Assembly: GCA_038078555.1 (NCBI GenBank)
Contig: JBBTYQ010000005.1
Span: 6,266 to 70,265, forward strand
Origin: Patescibacteria group bacterium
Lineage (GTDB): Bacteria > Patescibacteriota > Minisyncoccia > UBA6257 > UBA9933
Direction: 5' to 3'
DNA: 64,000 nt
Shown here: piece after piece, positions 1 through 10,300 of the stretch
Layout: the number at the start of each line of letters is the position of its first letter
Position numbering within the stretch: position 1 is the first letter of the stretch
Notes under the pieces: model-generated
What the model was told of the DNA's origin: nothing
Seen by the model: the letters and a program-made list of their open reading frames with translations, nothing else
Database searches by the model: none
Position numbers and translations under genes: made by a program

Positions 1-61
1 CATGATCCCGAAAGGATTCGTTCGGGGTTTGAAAATTTACTTGAAAAGGTCGAAAAAATGA
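1..61 (+). CDS. 3' end of an ORF that starts upstream of the window (partial)
   Basis: Frame 2 is open from the window edge to TGA at 59-61. The stop overlaps the next ATG (ATGA overlap at 58-61). Only 20 codons are visible, so no function is assignable. Confidence 0.25.
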   Translation, partial: MIPKGFVRGLKIYLKRSKK

Positions 62-510
62 AAAAAATAGGAAGCGTTGATCTTTCGACCGAAGAAGACC
101 TAAGTCTTGCGATTATGAATCTTATCAGCCTCGAGGAACATTTTTTCTTCACTGGAGCGAAAACAAAAAAATCTGAATATTTTGATCTTTTGGGCGAAGT
201 GAGGAATATGAGAAAAGAGTTGCTTGCCAAGATGATGGATAAAAATGAAGGCGAGACGTGGTGCATTGCAAAACATTTACTGGCAACGACTATGAGGCTC
301 ATTGAAGTGGGTACAAAGCTTCACTCTGACGGCAAGCAAGCTGAGGCCAAAGAGATGTTCGATAAAGCTTATAAGATGTATTCGATTTTTTGGGCGTTGC
401 GTCTTAAATTGATTGATATATCCGGATTCCAAAAAATAGCGATTGCCGATGTGCCGTGGACTTTCGAAGATATTGTAAATAAACTTGTTGACTGCTGTGA
501 TGAAAAGTAA
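58..510 (+). CDS. hypothetical soluble protein (150 aa), ends CCDEK
   Basis: Uninterrupted ORF, ATGA-coupled to the upstream ORF. No TM segment. C-terminal Cys pair (VDCCDEK). No family recognised. Confidence 0.5.
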   Translation: MKKIGSVDLSTEEDLSLAIMNLISLEEHFFFTGAKTKKSEYFDLLGEVRNMRKELLAKMMDKNEGETWCIAKHLLATTMRLIEVGTKLHSDGKQAEAKEMFDKAYKMYSIFWALRLKLIDISGFQKIAIADVPWTFEDIVNKLVDCCDEK

Positions 511-528
511 TTAAACAAACAAAAATTT

Positions 529-1482
529 ATGGAAGACGAAACACAAAATCAAATAAGCGAAAATTTTTCTAAAAACAAACAAATAAAAAAGGATTATTTA
601 ATTTCCGCCAGTATTCTTATTTCAACGGCAATTATTTTCGGAGCGTGGATATATGCAACAGGATTTAAAGCTATCAATATTCCGCAAAGAGCAAATATGT
701 TAACAGCTCCGGAAAAAACACAATTATCAGAGCCGGAAGAGAAAATATTGCCGTCCGAAGGGGTTGTCTTGCCGGTTCGCTGGGGCGATCTTGGCGCAAA
801 AATGGTCAGCGCAGGCGTAATTGATGGAGAAAAATTCGAAAAACTTTATGCAAATCGTGGCGGACTTGATAACGAGACGAGAAATTTGCTTTACAACGAA
901 AATAACAGCAATCTCAAAATAACTTCGGAGAATTCCGGAATGATTTTAAACCTTTTATGGGCAGCGGGGTTGGCCACAAAAAACGATATTTTAGATGCAG
1001 GGCCGATGGCTGATTCGCAATACGGCGGCGCGGGAAATTTTGCCTCAACCGGAGGATGGACTTTGGCGAAAGGCGACGCGATGGATCATTACAGCCAGCA
1101 TTCATTTATTGTTTTAACTCCGGAACAGCAAAAATTGGTTGAGCAGGTTAGTAAAAACATCTACCGCCCTTGTTGCAATAATTCAACTCATTTTCCGGAT
1201 TGCAATCACGGAATGGCAATGCTGGGACTTCTTGAGCTTATGGCTTCCCAGGGCGTTTCCGAGGAAGATATGTATAAAACAGCTCTCCAAGTGAACGCTT
1301 ACTGGTTTCCCGACACTTACCTTGCTATTGCAAAATATCTTGAATCTAAGGGAATTAATTGGTACGAGGCAGATTCTAAGGAGCTTTTGGGATATAATTA
1401 TTCAAGTGCGGCTGGCTATCGTCAAATTTTGAGTCAAATTTCTCCGCCGGAGCGCAAATCTTCAGGCGGATGCGGAGTATAA
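529..1482 (+). CDS. membrane-anchored Cys/His-rich protein, possible metal-handling partner of the adjacent ATPase
   Basis: One N-terminal TM helix (ISASILISTAIIFGAWIYATGF). Cluster YRPCCNNSTHFPDCNHGMAM and C-terminal SSGGCGV. The stop lies 4 nt before the ATPase start. No family recognised. Confidence 0.6.
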   Translation: MEDETQNQISENFSKNKQIKKDYLISASILISTAIIFGAWIYATGFKAINIPQRANMLTAPEKTQLSEPEEKILPSEGVVLPVRWGDLGAKMVSAGVIDGEKFEKLYANRGGLDNETRNLLYNENNSNLKITSENSGMILNLLWAAGLATKNDILDAGPMADSQYGGAGNFASTGGWTLAKGDAMDHYSQHSFIVLTPEQQKLVEQVSKNIYRPCCNNSTHFPDCNHGMAMLGLLELMASQGVSEEDMYKTALQVNAYWFPDTYLAIAKYLESKGINWYEADSKELLGYNYSSAAGYRQILSQISPPERKSSGGCGV

Positions 1483-1486
1483 AAAT

Positions 1487-3595
1487 ATGGAGCACGATCA
1501 CTTGCAAAAAATATACACTTGCCCAATGCATCCAAAAGTTATTTCCGATAAGGCCGGTATGTGTCCGGAATGCGGAATGCAGCTTATTCCCGCGAAAAAA
1601 GAGGAAAATAAACAAAGAACTCAAGATAATTTTAGCAAACACAAAGGACACTCGGTAAATATTTTCAAAAAGAAGTTTTGGGTGAGTTTTTTATTATCTA
1701 TTCCGATAGTCGCGTATTCCGACATTGCCCAAGAACTTCTTGATTATCAAGCGCCGGTATTTTTCGGTTCCAACTATATCCCGTTTATATTGGCCTCTGT
1801 CATTTTCTTTTATTGCGGATGGATATTCATCAACTCCGCATATCGAGAGCTTAAAGCAAAACTGCCCGGCATGATGACGCTTATCGCGCTTGCGATTTCA
1901 ACCGCATATTTTTACAGCGCCGCAGTAATATTATTTGGCGGAGGAGAAACGCTTTTTTGGGAGCTTGCCACGTTAATTACGATTATGCTTCTCGGACATT
2001 GGCTTGAAATGCGCGCAGTTTCCGGAGCTCAAAGCGCGCTCAAAGAGCTTTCTAAATTATTGCCAGACCAGGCGGAAGTAATCAGAAATGGAAAGACGGA
2101 AATCGTCCCGCTCTCAGAGCTCAAAAAAAACGATGCGGTGTTAGTAAGGCCTGGAGGCAGAATTCCCGCTGATGGTATTGTTAAAGATGGGTTGTCTGAT
2201 GTAAATGAATCCATTGCAACGGGTGAATCAAAATCCGTCTCAAAAAAAGAAGGCGATGCAGTTATTGCCGGTACGACAAATGGCGACGGTTCTCTTAAAA
2301 TCACGGTGACGAAAATTGGAGACGAGACTTTTTTGGCCGGCGTCATGCGGCTTGTGGCCGAAGCGCAGAGCTCAAAATCGCGTCTTCAGATGTTATCCGA
2401 CCGCGCTGCGTATTATCTGACAATTATTGCCGTGATAACCGGAGGCGTAACGTTTGCGGCGTGGCTAGCTTTTTCAGACCCGGCATTTGCCGTAAATCGT
2501 ATGGTAGCGGTTCTCGTTATTGCCTGTCCGCATGCTCTTGGTTTAGCAATACCTCTTGTGGCATCCATATCAACGACAAAAGCCGCGCGCAACGGATTTT
2601 TGGTAAAACAGCGCCTTGCGCTTGAAGCGGCGCGTAATATAGACATTGTTCTTTTTGATAAAACAGGAACACTCACAAAAGGAGAATTTGGCATTGATCG
2701 AATTATTTCGGAAACTCAAGGAGGCGAGCTTGAAGTGCTACGGTATGCCGCTTCCGTAAACAGTCATTCCGAACATCCGCTTGCAAGAGCAATGGTCTTA
2801 GAGGCAAAAAATAAAAATATTTCTTTGTTTGAAGCTAAAAACTTTCAGCGAATACCCGGCAAAGGCGTCCGAGCTGAAATAGGCGGCGCAGAAGTGTTTG
2901 TCGGCAGTGTATCGCTTGCGGAAGATCGCGGCGCAACGCTTTCCGTTAAAATAAAAGCCGAAACTGAAGCGTTTGCGCAACAAGGGAAAACTATCAATAT
3001 TGTGATGAAAAATGGCGCAGTATTTGGCGCGATTGCCCTTGCCGATGTCATACGCGAAGAATCGCGCGAAGCGATTAAGACCCTGCGAAACATGGGCGTT
3101 AAAACAGCCATGATTACCGGAGATGCGGAAGATGTGGCGAAATGGGTTGCCGGAGAGCTTGGTATTGATGAGTATTTTGCAAAAGTTCTTCCTCACGAAA
3201 AATCAGAAAAAGTGAAATTTCTTCAATCAAAAAGCAGTAAAGTTGCAATGGTCGGCGACGGCATTAATGACGCGCCGGCGCTTACTCAAGCTGACATTGG
3301 CATTGCTATCGGCGCGGGGACAAATGTTGCAATTGAGTCAGCGGGAATTATCCTTGTTCGCAATGATCCCCGGGATATCGCAAAAATTATAAAACTTTCC
3401 CGTCTTACTTATGCAAAAATGATTCAAAATCTTTTCTGGGCAACGGGATATAATATAATTGCCTTGCCTCTTGCCGCAGGAATACTTGTGTCTAAAGGCA
3501 TTCTTCTGCAACCTGCGCTTGCCGCTCTCTTTATGTCGCTTTCTACGATAATTGTGGCAATAAACGCTATGCTTCTTCGAAATAAGATTTTATAG
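1487..3595 (+). CDS. heavy-metal (copper) translocating P1B-type ATPase, CPH (CopB-like) subtype
   Basis: N-terminal CPMHP...CPECG metal-binding module; actuator TGES (ATGESKSV); TM motif [11 protein letters not shown]; phosphorylation site DKTGTLT; hinge GDGINDAP. Confidence 0.9.
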   Translation: MEHDHLQKIYTCPMHPKVISDKAGMCPECGMQLIPAKKEENKQRTQDNFSKHKGHSVNIFKKKFWVSFLLSIPIVAYSDIAQELLDYQAPVFFGSNYIPFILASVIFFYCGWIFINSAYRELKAKLPGMMTLIALAISTAYFYSAAVILFGGGETLFWELATLITIMLLGHWLEMRAVSGAQSALKELSKLLPDQAEVIRNGKTEIVPLSELKKNDAVLVRPGGRIPADGIVKDGLSDVNESIATGESKSVSKKEGDAVIAGTTNGDGSLKITVTKIGDETFLAGVMRLVAEAQSSKSRLQMLSDRAAYYLTIIAVITGGVTFAAWLAFSDPAFAVNRMVAVLVIACPHALGLAIPLVASISTTKAARNGFLVKQRLALEAARNIDIVLFDKTGTLTKGEFGIDRIISETQGGELEVLRYAASVNSHSEHPLARAMVLEAKNKNISLFEAKNFQRIPGKGVRAEIGGAEVFVGSVSLAEDRGATLSVKIKAETEAFAQQGKTINIVMKNGAVFGAIALADVIREESREAIKTLRNMGVKTAMITGDAEDVAKWVAGELGIDEYFAKVLPHEKSEKVKFLQSKSSKVAMVGDGINDAPALTQADIGIAIGAGTNVAIESAGIILVRNDPRDIAKIIKLSRLTYAKMIQNLFWATGYNIIALPLAAGILVSKGILLQPALAALFMSLSTIIVAINAMLLRNKIL

Positions 3596-3639
3596 CTAAA
3601 CGCGGCATGGTCGAACCGCGCTAAAATAATTAATAAAAT

Positions 3640-3888
3640 ATGAATACTAAACATTTATTAAAAATCACTTCAGCCTGGGTCAGCATTGTTTATGTAGTCT
3701 GTTTTGTCGGAGTGGCGCTGTTTCCCGGAATTCGATCCAGTTTTATGCTGTATGGATTGCACACAAGTATTGATATAGGACAGAATATTGTTACATTCGG
3801 AACATTTATCTCCGGTTTGGTGATTTGGAACATAATCGCGCTTTTGGCAGTAGGACTTTTTGCAATTCTCTATAACAAAATAAAGTGA
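3640..3888 (+). CDS. small membrane protein (82 aa, 2-3 TM)
   Basis: ORF with hydrophobic segments (VSIVYVVCFVGVALFPG, LVIWNIIALLAVGLFAIL). No family call. Confidence 0.45.
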   Translation: MNTKHLLKITSAWVSIVYVVCFVGVALFPGIRSSFMLYGLHTSIDIGQNIVTFGTFISGLVIWNIIALLAVGLFAILYNKIK

Positions 3889-3987
3889 TAAAGAAATAAA
3901 AATAGAAAAACAGAACGGGTTTATCCGCTCCATTTTTTTAGAAAACTTATTTTTGCCAAAAATTTTTATTAATAATAGGATATTAAA

Positions 3988-5061
3988 ATGAGAATTATCG
4001 CTCATCTTGATATGGACGCGTTTTTTGCCGCAGTAGAAGAAAGGGATAAGCCTTGGCTTTCAGGAAAACCTATCGTGGTTGGTTCTGACCCGATGGATGG
4101 TTATGGAAGAGGCGTTGTTTCAACGGCCAATTATAAAGCGAGAGAATACGGAATCCATTCAGCAGTGCCGATTTCCACGGCTTGGCGGCTTTCGGAAAAA
4201 GCAAAAAACGAAAGCAAGCCAGCCGTTGTTTTTATTGAGCCGAATTTCAGCCGTTATCAAAAAGCCTCGGAAGAAATTATGGATATTATAAAAAAATACG
4301 CGCCGATAGTTGAAGAAGCGAGTATAGATGAAGCTTATTTTGATTTAAGCTTTGCCGGTTCTTTTGAAAAAGCGCAAAAAATTTGCGAAAAAATAAAAGA
4401 GGAAATTAAAAGTCGGGAACAATTAACCGCGTCAATTGGCATTGGTCCGAATAAGATGATTGCCAAAATCGCTTCGGATTTTAAAAAACCAAACGGATTG
4501 ACTATTATATCCGAAAAAGAAATTCAAGCCTTTTTAGAGCCGCTATCAATCCGTAAAATTCCCGGTATCGGGCCAAAAACCGAAGAGGCTCTTAACAAAA
4601 AAGGAATTAAAATTATTAAAGATTTAAAAAAAATCTCTTCCGAAAATTTAAAAAGTATGCTTGGCAAGTGGGGCGAGGAAATGTATAAAAAAGCGCGAGG
4701 CATAGATGAATCTCCTTTGGAGCTTGAGCATGAAATAAAATCAATCGGAGAACAGGAAACTTTTTTAAAAGACGCTCATGAGCCGGGTTTTGTTATAAAT
4801 AAGATGAGCGATTTAGGCGGGGATGTTTTTAAGAGATTCAAGCAAAGCGGATTTAAAAATTTTAGAACGATAATGATAACCATTCGCTTTGCTGATTTTG
4901 AAACAATAAGCCGTTCGCTTACATTAAAAGAACCGGAAAGCGGTTTAAAAGATATTCAATATGCGGCTCTGCGGCTTTTGATGCCGTTTTTTGATAAGCG
5001 GGAAAATCCAAAACAAAAATTTATTCGTTTAATAGGCCTAAGAATAGAGAAATTAAAGTGA
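3988..5061 (+). CDS. dinB: DNA polymerase IV (Y-family translesion polymerase)
   Basis: N-terminus MRIIAHLDMDAFFAAVEERD, catalytic SIDEAYFDL, and a helix-hairpin-helix-like segment IRKIPGIGPKT. Typical length (357 aa). Confidence 0.9.
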   Translation: MRIIAHLDMDAFFAAVEERDKPWLSGKPIVVGSDPMDGYGRGVVSTANYKAREYGIHSAVPISTAWRLSEKAKNESKPAVVFIEPNFSRYQKASEEIMDIIKKYAPIVEEASIDEAYFDLSFAGSFEKAQKICEKIKEEIKSREQLTASIGIGPNKMIAKIASDFKKPNGLTIISEKEIQAFLEPLSIRKIPGIGPKTEEALNKKGIKIIKDLKKISSENLKSMLGKWGEEMYKKARGIDESPLELEHEIKSIGEQETFLKDAHEPGFVINKMSDLGGDVFKRFKQSGFKNFRTIMITIRFADFETISRSLTLKEPESGLKDIQYAALRLLMPFFDKRENPKQKFIRLIGLRIEKLK

Positions 5062-5081
5062 TTTTGTGATAAAATTAAAAA

Positions 5082-5702
5082 GTGAAATTGTATAAAAATA
5101 AAGAGAACGGTCAGTTATTGTTGGAAGTATTAGTTGCTATTGCAGTAGTGGCGGCAGTGGTTGGCATTGGATCGCAAATGATTATCGGCAGCTTGAGAAG
5201 CAGTAAAATTTCTAACGAACGGAATGCAGCTTTGGGGTTGGTTGAAGAAACTTTTGAAGCAGTTAGAAATTCATCTTCGGAAAGATGGCAGAATATTTAT
5301 GATTTAACAAAGGACTCTGTTCAATATTATCCCCAGCAATTCAGCGGGAAATGGCAGGTGGCTGCTGGCACGGAAAATATCGTGATTAACAGCATTGCAT
5401 ATACCCGTTATTTTACGGTTTCTAATGTGAGCCGCGATCCGACAACTCGGGACATTGAAAATACTTATAATGCCGGCAATAATGACCCTTCTACTCAAAA
5501 AATTTTCGTGACTGTCAGTTGGCCTAATGCCGATGCAATTACTTCAAGCGAATATACTACCCGATGGAGAAATAAAGCTTGTTTGCAAACTTCCTGGCAG
5601 TCAGCTGGTTCGGGCACCAGCACTTGTCCTACGAGTAATTACGGGTCAGTTATTAATATCACTCCCGGCGAGAATTTACAGCTGTGTGTTGGCGGATGCT
5701 GA
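5082..5702 (+). CDS. pilin-like (pseudopilin) protein with atypical prepilin N-terminus
   Basis: GTG start. Short basic leader, then NG-QLLLEVLVAIAVVAAVVGIG (Glu at +5, hydrophobic helix). Q at +1 is non-canonical. Confidence 0.5.
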   Translation: MKLYKNKENGQLLLEVLVAIAVVAAVVGIGSQMIIGSLRSSKISNERNAALGLVEETFEAVRNSSSERWQNIYDLTKDSVQYYPQQFSGKWQVAAGTENIVINSIAYTRYFTVSNVSRDPTTRDIENTYNAGNNDPSTQKIFVTVSWPNADAITSSEYTTRWRNKACLQTSWQSAGSGTSTCPTSNYGSVINITPGENLQLCVGGC

Positions 5703-5763
5703 TTCTTATCCACAAAGTAATCTGTTTTATGATTTAATTTTGTTATAAAATTAATACAGAGCC

Positions 5764-6315
5764 ATGCAAAATAAAAAAAATCTAATAATTATTTTCAGCG
5801 CGGTTATTTTTATTTTAATAACTTTAGGCGTTCTTGGAGCGCTTGGTATTATTAAATTTCCGTTTAAAAAATCTGCAATTGTTTTTGAGGAGCCGGACGC
5901 GAATTTAATGACCGTGCGCAATGCTTATGATATTGCTTTTCTTCGCGCGCGAGAGTGGCAGGCGGACGCCAAACTTGCAGATATGAAATCCTTTGAAACG
6001 GCAACTGGGCCAAACGGACGTTCGGATAATTGGAATCTACTTTTCATTTCTCCGAGCATAAAGAAAAAAGGTTTTAAAATAGAGATTATTAACGAGCAAA
6101 TTACAACAGCCGAAGAAATTTTTTATACAGGCACAGGAGCGGAACTTCCGGAAAATATTATTTCTTCCAAAGAGGCGATTACTCAAGTTCGCGCGATTAA
6201 AGGTTATGAGAATGAACCGATAATTTCCGTGGAAATGCTTTATGACCCGAGCGGTAAATGGTATTGGGGAATTAAAACTTCTAAAGGCGTGGTGTCGGTG
6301 AGAGCGGATAGATAG
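5764..6315 (+). CDS. membrane-anchored hypothetical protein (183 aa)
   Basis: N-terminal TM/signal anchor (LIIIFSAVIFILITLGVLGALGII). No family recognised. Confidence 0.45.
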   Translation: MQNKKNLIIIFSAVIFILITLGVLGALGIIKFPFKKSAIVFEEPDANLMTVRNAYDIAFLRAREWQADAKLADMKSFETATGPNGRSDNWNLLFISPSIKKKGFKIEIINEQITTAEEIFYTGTGAELPENIISSKEAITQVRAIKGYENEPIISVEMLYDPSGKWYWGIKTSKGVVSVRADR

Positions 6316-6364
6316 CTTAAGGTCAATTTACAATTTTTAATTTATAATTTTCAATTAATTTTTA

Positions 6365-7351
6365 ATGAAGCAATTTTTAAATAATAATAAGGAGTATCCT
6401 AAAAGAAGATATAATATTGTTATAATTTCGCTGGTTGTTTTGGTTGCGATTTTGGCAGGGGGAAATGTTTGGACGATTTTTTATTATATTCCTCAAATTT
6501 CAGGCGCAGGTTTGATAGAAAATAAATTTAATTTGCTTAATCCGACAAGGAATTTTTTTAAGCAGAAAGATTTGATAATAAATTTTCAGCCGTTGCGCGA
6601 TTATTTAAACGATAAATACGAAGCAAATAAAAATATTTCGATTTACTTTGAATATCTGCCGACCGGAGCCAGTATCAGCATTAATAAAGACGCGGAATTT
6701 TGGCCGGCGAGTTTGTTGAAACTGCCGGTGTCAATGGCGGTAACAAAAAAAATAGAAAAAAACGAATGGAAATGGACAAACGAGCTTGTAATCATGACGT
6801 CCGATAAAAACGACGGTTTCGGCGATTTATACAAACAGCCGATTGGCACAAAGCTTGCGATTGAAAAATTAGTCCAATTATCCCTTTCCGAATCGGATAA
6901 TACGGCTAATTTTGTTTTGGTGAGAAATCTGGAACCGTTTGATTTTCAGGATATTTATGACCATCTTGGATTAACAGATTTTTTGTCCGGAGAAGGCAAG
7001 ATAAGCGCAAAGAAGTATTCGGTAATGCTAAGGGCGCTTTATAACTCTTCTTATCTTTCTGATGAAAATTCTCAAAAGCTTTTGAATTTTTTGAATGAAA
7101 CGCCATTTAAGGAATATCTTGGCAGTGGTTTGCCGGATAGCGTTAAATTTTCCCATAAAATCGGCGTAAGCGATGACCAAAAAGTTTTTCTTGATTCCGG
7201 TATTGTTTTCGTCCAGAATCGTCCGTATATTCTGACAGCTATGCTTCAGACTGAGAATAAAGAATATGCCGAAAAAGTTATGAAAGACATTTCCGAGCAA
7301 GCTTATCAATATGTAGTAAATTACAGCGGAAAAGAGGAGCAAAATAATTAA
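6365..7351 (+). CDS. membrane-anchored serine hydrolase, class A beta-lactamase / PBP-like fold
   Basis: SxxK (ASLLK), SDN (SESDNTA) and a KTG-like HKIG motif in the canonical order. N-terminal TM. Confidence 0.6.
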   Translation: MKQFLNNNKEYPKRRYNIVIISLVVLVAILAGGNVWTIFYYIPQISGAGLIENKFNLLNPTRNFFKQKDLIINFQPLRDYLNDKYEANKNISIYFEYLPTGASISINKDAEFWPASLLKLPVSMAVTKKIEKNEWKWTNELVIMTSDKNDGFGDLYKQPIGTKLAIEKLVQLSLSESDNTANFVLVRNLEPFDFQDIYDHLGLTDFLSGEGKISAKKYSVMLRALYNSSYLSDENSQKLLNFLNETPFKEYLGSGLPDSVKFSHKIGVSDDQKVFLDSGIVFVQNRPYILTAMLQTENKEYAEKVMKDISEQAYQYVVNYSGKEEQNN

Positions 7352-7354
7352 AGT

Positions 7355-10300
7355 ATGAAACTTTTTAAGAAAACAATTAAAAAATTTTTTATATTCATAA
7401 TTGTTTTTGGTTTAGCGTTTTCAAATTTGCCGTATAACGCGGCGATGACGGTACTTCAGTCTTACATAGACAACCGCAATGTTGTCGACAAAATTTGGGT
7501 GGCGAGTTATGACGGCAATGTAGTGGATAAATTTGTGCCGTTTGAAAATGTAATCAGAAATTTGAAAATAAAAGACGCTTTGGCTGTGTCAAACGGCGAT
7601 GCTAAAATTTTTTACAGTATTTCGGCGAATACCACGCCAAGAACGCGCGATTATATTTCTTCAACCAATTCTTTTAATACTGCGGCAACAACCGTTGCCG
7701 GCGCCACAGCTCTTCAAGTAGTGACCAAGGCATCGCCGACTAAAGATGAAATGATCGCCGGCTATGTAAATTCCGCCGGCACGCTTCAAGTGGCATGCTG
7801 GAACGGCACAAGCTGGACCAACGAATGGTCGGTGGCCTCCGGCGGCACAGGCACGACAAGAAGATTTGATATTGCTTATGAAACCAATTCCGGAGACGCG
7901 ATGGTGCTTTATTCTACAAATGTCGGCACAACAAATGAACTTGCATATCGTACTAAGCCGGGCGCAAGCGCTTGCGGTTCGGCCAACTGGTCAGCTGCGA
8001 CTAATCTTGATCCAGTCAGAACTTCAGGCATTGTTCATTGGGTAAAGCTCGCGCATGACAGGCGCGCGGCTCAGAATTTAATTACTGCTATATGGGCAGA
8101 TGCCAATGCCGACCTTTCAGCAATGGTTTGGTCAGGCACCACTTGGGGCAATGAGCCTACCGCGGCTTTGGAAACCGCGTTGGAGATTGTTACCGCCGGG
8201 CAAGACGTTGAGTCATTTGATGTAGAATATGAATCGCTTTCGGGCGATGTAATGATTGTCAGAGGGTCGGGTGGAACAAACGGCACTAATGGCGGATATT
8301 ATTCAACTTGCACAGGAGGAACATCAGCCTGTACTTGGACTACTCGAACCGCTATGCCGACTATTTTAGATGACACAACTCATCTTGATATTTCCGCAAA
8401 TCCCAATAGTGATAGTATTCTTTTTGGCGCTATTGGTAACGCCGGTGCCGACCTTTCGCGTGGTGTTTGGTCAGGAAGCGCATGGACTAATACTGCAAAT
8501 GCGGATACCTCTTCTGCTGGTCCGCTTGCCGGCACTAAGTTTGTTGCTACGGGATGGCTTATCAGCGGAGCCAATACTAGAGGTGTGCTCGTGTATTATG
8601 ACTCGGCTGCTGTCAATATTGGTTGGTCTACGGTAAGCGGCACTACTTGGACCACGCAATCTGACTGGGTTCCAACTCCAGCTTTTGGTGTTCAAAAAAA
8701 TTATGATATTAAAATGGATCCGATTAATAAAGATAGGCTGATTTTTACTGTTAATGACGCCAATTCCGACATATTCGCCAAGCGGCTTATTTTATCTGGC
8801 ACCACTTTTACTTGGTCTAATGCTGATGGCAGTGCGGCAATAGAAGCTAATACCGGCTCGGCAATTTATAAATCATTTAATTTTGAATATAACAGGTATA
8901 TACCGGCACCGACCAATACTTTAACCATCGGCGTTACCGCCGGCTCAAAAGTAACAGCCATAAATTCCGGCGATACTTCGGTTTATGCCAATACGACGGG
9001 TTGTACCAGCGCGGCGACTTGTGCGGCTTTTACTTTAAATGTTTCCAATACTTCCGTAACGGTTGGCTCGATAAAAATTACGGAAACCGGCAGCGCTAAT
9101 GCCACTTCTGATTTGTCTCAGCTCGCGCTTTTTTATGATACTGACGGCAATTATTCTAATGGTATAACCGGACAATACGGAGCAACAGTAGCGAGTTTTA
9201 CTTCTGAAGCGGCTACAGTAAGCGGCTCTTTGGCTTTAACTCCAGCCACTACTTATTATTTTTATACTAGATTCAACGCTTCAAGTACTATCAGCTATCC
9301 AAAGGGCGGCCAGACTGTTAATTTTCAGATTGCCGCTAATGGTGATGTAACTTTATCAAGCGGCTCTGCAACAATTTCCGGCGCGCCTCAAAGTATGGCT
9401 GGTACTACCACGATTTTGCCAAAAGTCAGTTCTGTTAGTTATGGCGCTGGCTTAAGCGATGGTGCGCGGTCAAGTGAGGCGATAACTATTTCCGGTTATG
9501 GTTTTGGCGTGGCGCCTGGCGGTTCGCGTGCTAATTGCGCCGGCGCGGTTGATACCGGCTGTGTAAGATTTTTAGTCGGCGGCGCGGATACGGTGGCTGA
9601 TGCCAGTATTTCTTCTTGGTCAAACACTTCGGTTGGTTTAACAATTTCTTCAACTTTGGCGACTTTAGGCGGCGCTTCTTCTTTGGAATTGGTTAGCGGA
9701 GCTCAAGGTACAGCCACTGACACCACTTATTATATTTATCCTAATATCACTAGTTTGGTTGCCACTAGCACTAATGCGGCAAGAGAATATGCTGCTGGCG
9801 ATGTTGACGGACTGGTAATGCTTCAAGGCGACCACTTTGGTTCAGCTCAAGGCACAGTGGCTTTTACCGGAGCATTTGGCGGCGGTAGCGCGACAATCCA
9901 CGCGACTGCCGAAGGGTCGTGCGCTACCGGCGGTTGGTCAGCCGGAAGTTATTCCGGAAATAGTGTTTGCATTGAAGTGACGCCAGCTTCAATTCCTGAC
10001 AGCGTTTATAGCGGTTCAATTACTTTAACCAGAAACAGCGATTCCAAAACTCATCCGTTTTCCACTTTTAGTATTATGCCGAGAATTATATCCAATACGC
10101 CGGCTAACGGCATTGTGGCTGATGTGATTCAGGTTCTAGGCAATCATTTTTGCCAATCAGGAACTTGTCCGACGTCTCCTAATCGGTCGGATACAAGCAA
10201 TAATGTGAAATTTGGTTCTACTCAAGCGCTAGATAGCGATTTTGCCAATCAAACAGGCGGCGCCGGCGCTTGTAATGGCGCAGGAGCAGGTTGGACTCAT

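Noticed and set aside
914-3654. Several 60-130 aa antisense or alternative-frame ORFs (e.g. 914-1105, 1376-1651, 1470-1658, 2029-2346, 2413-2694, 2798-3196, 2845-3111, 3424-3654) overlapping ORF 529 and the P-type ATPase
   Set aside because: The ATPase frame carries the full canonical motif series. The others are frame shadows without independent support.
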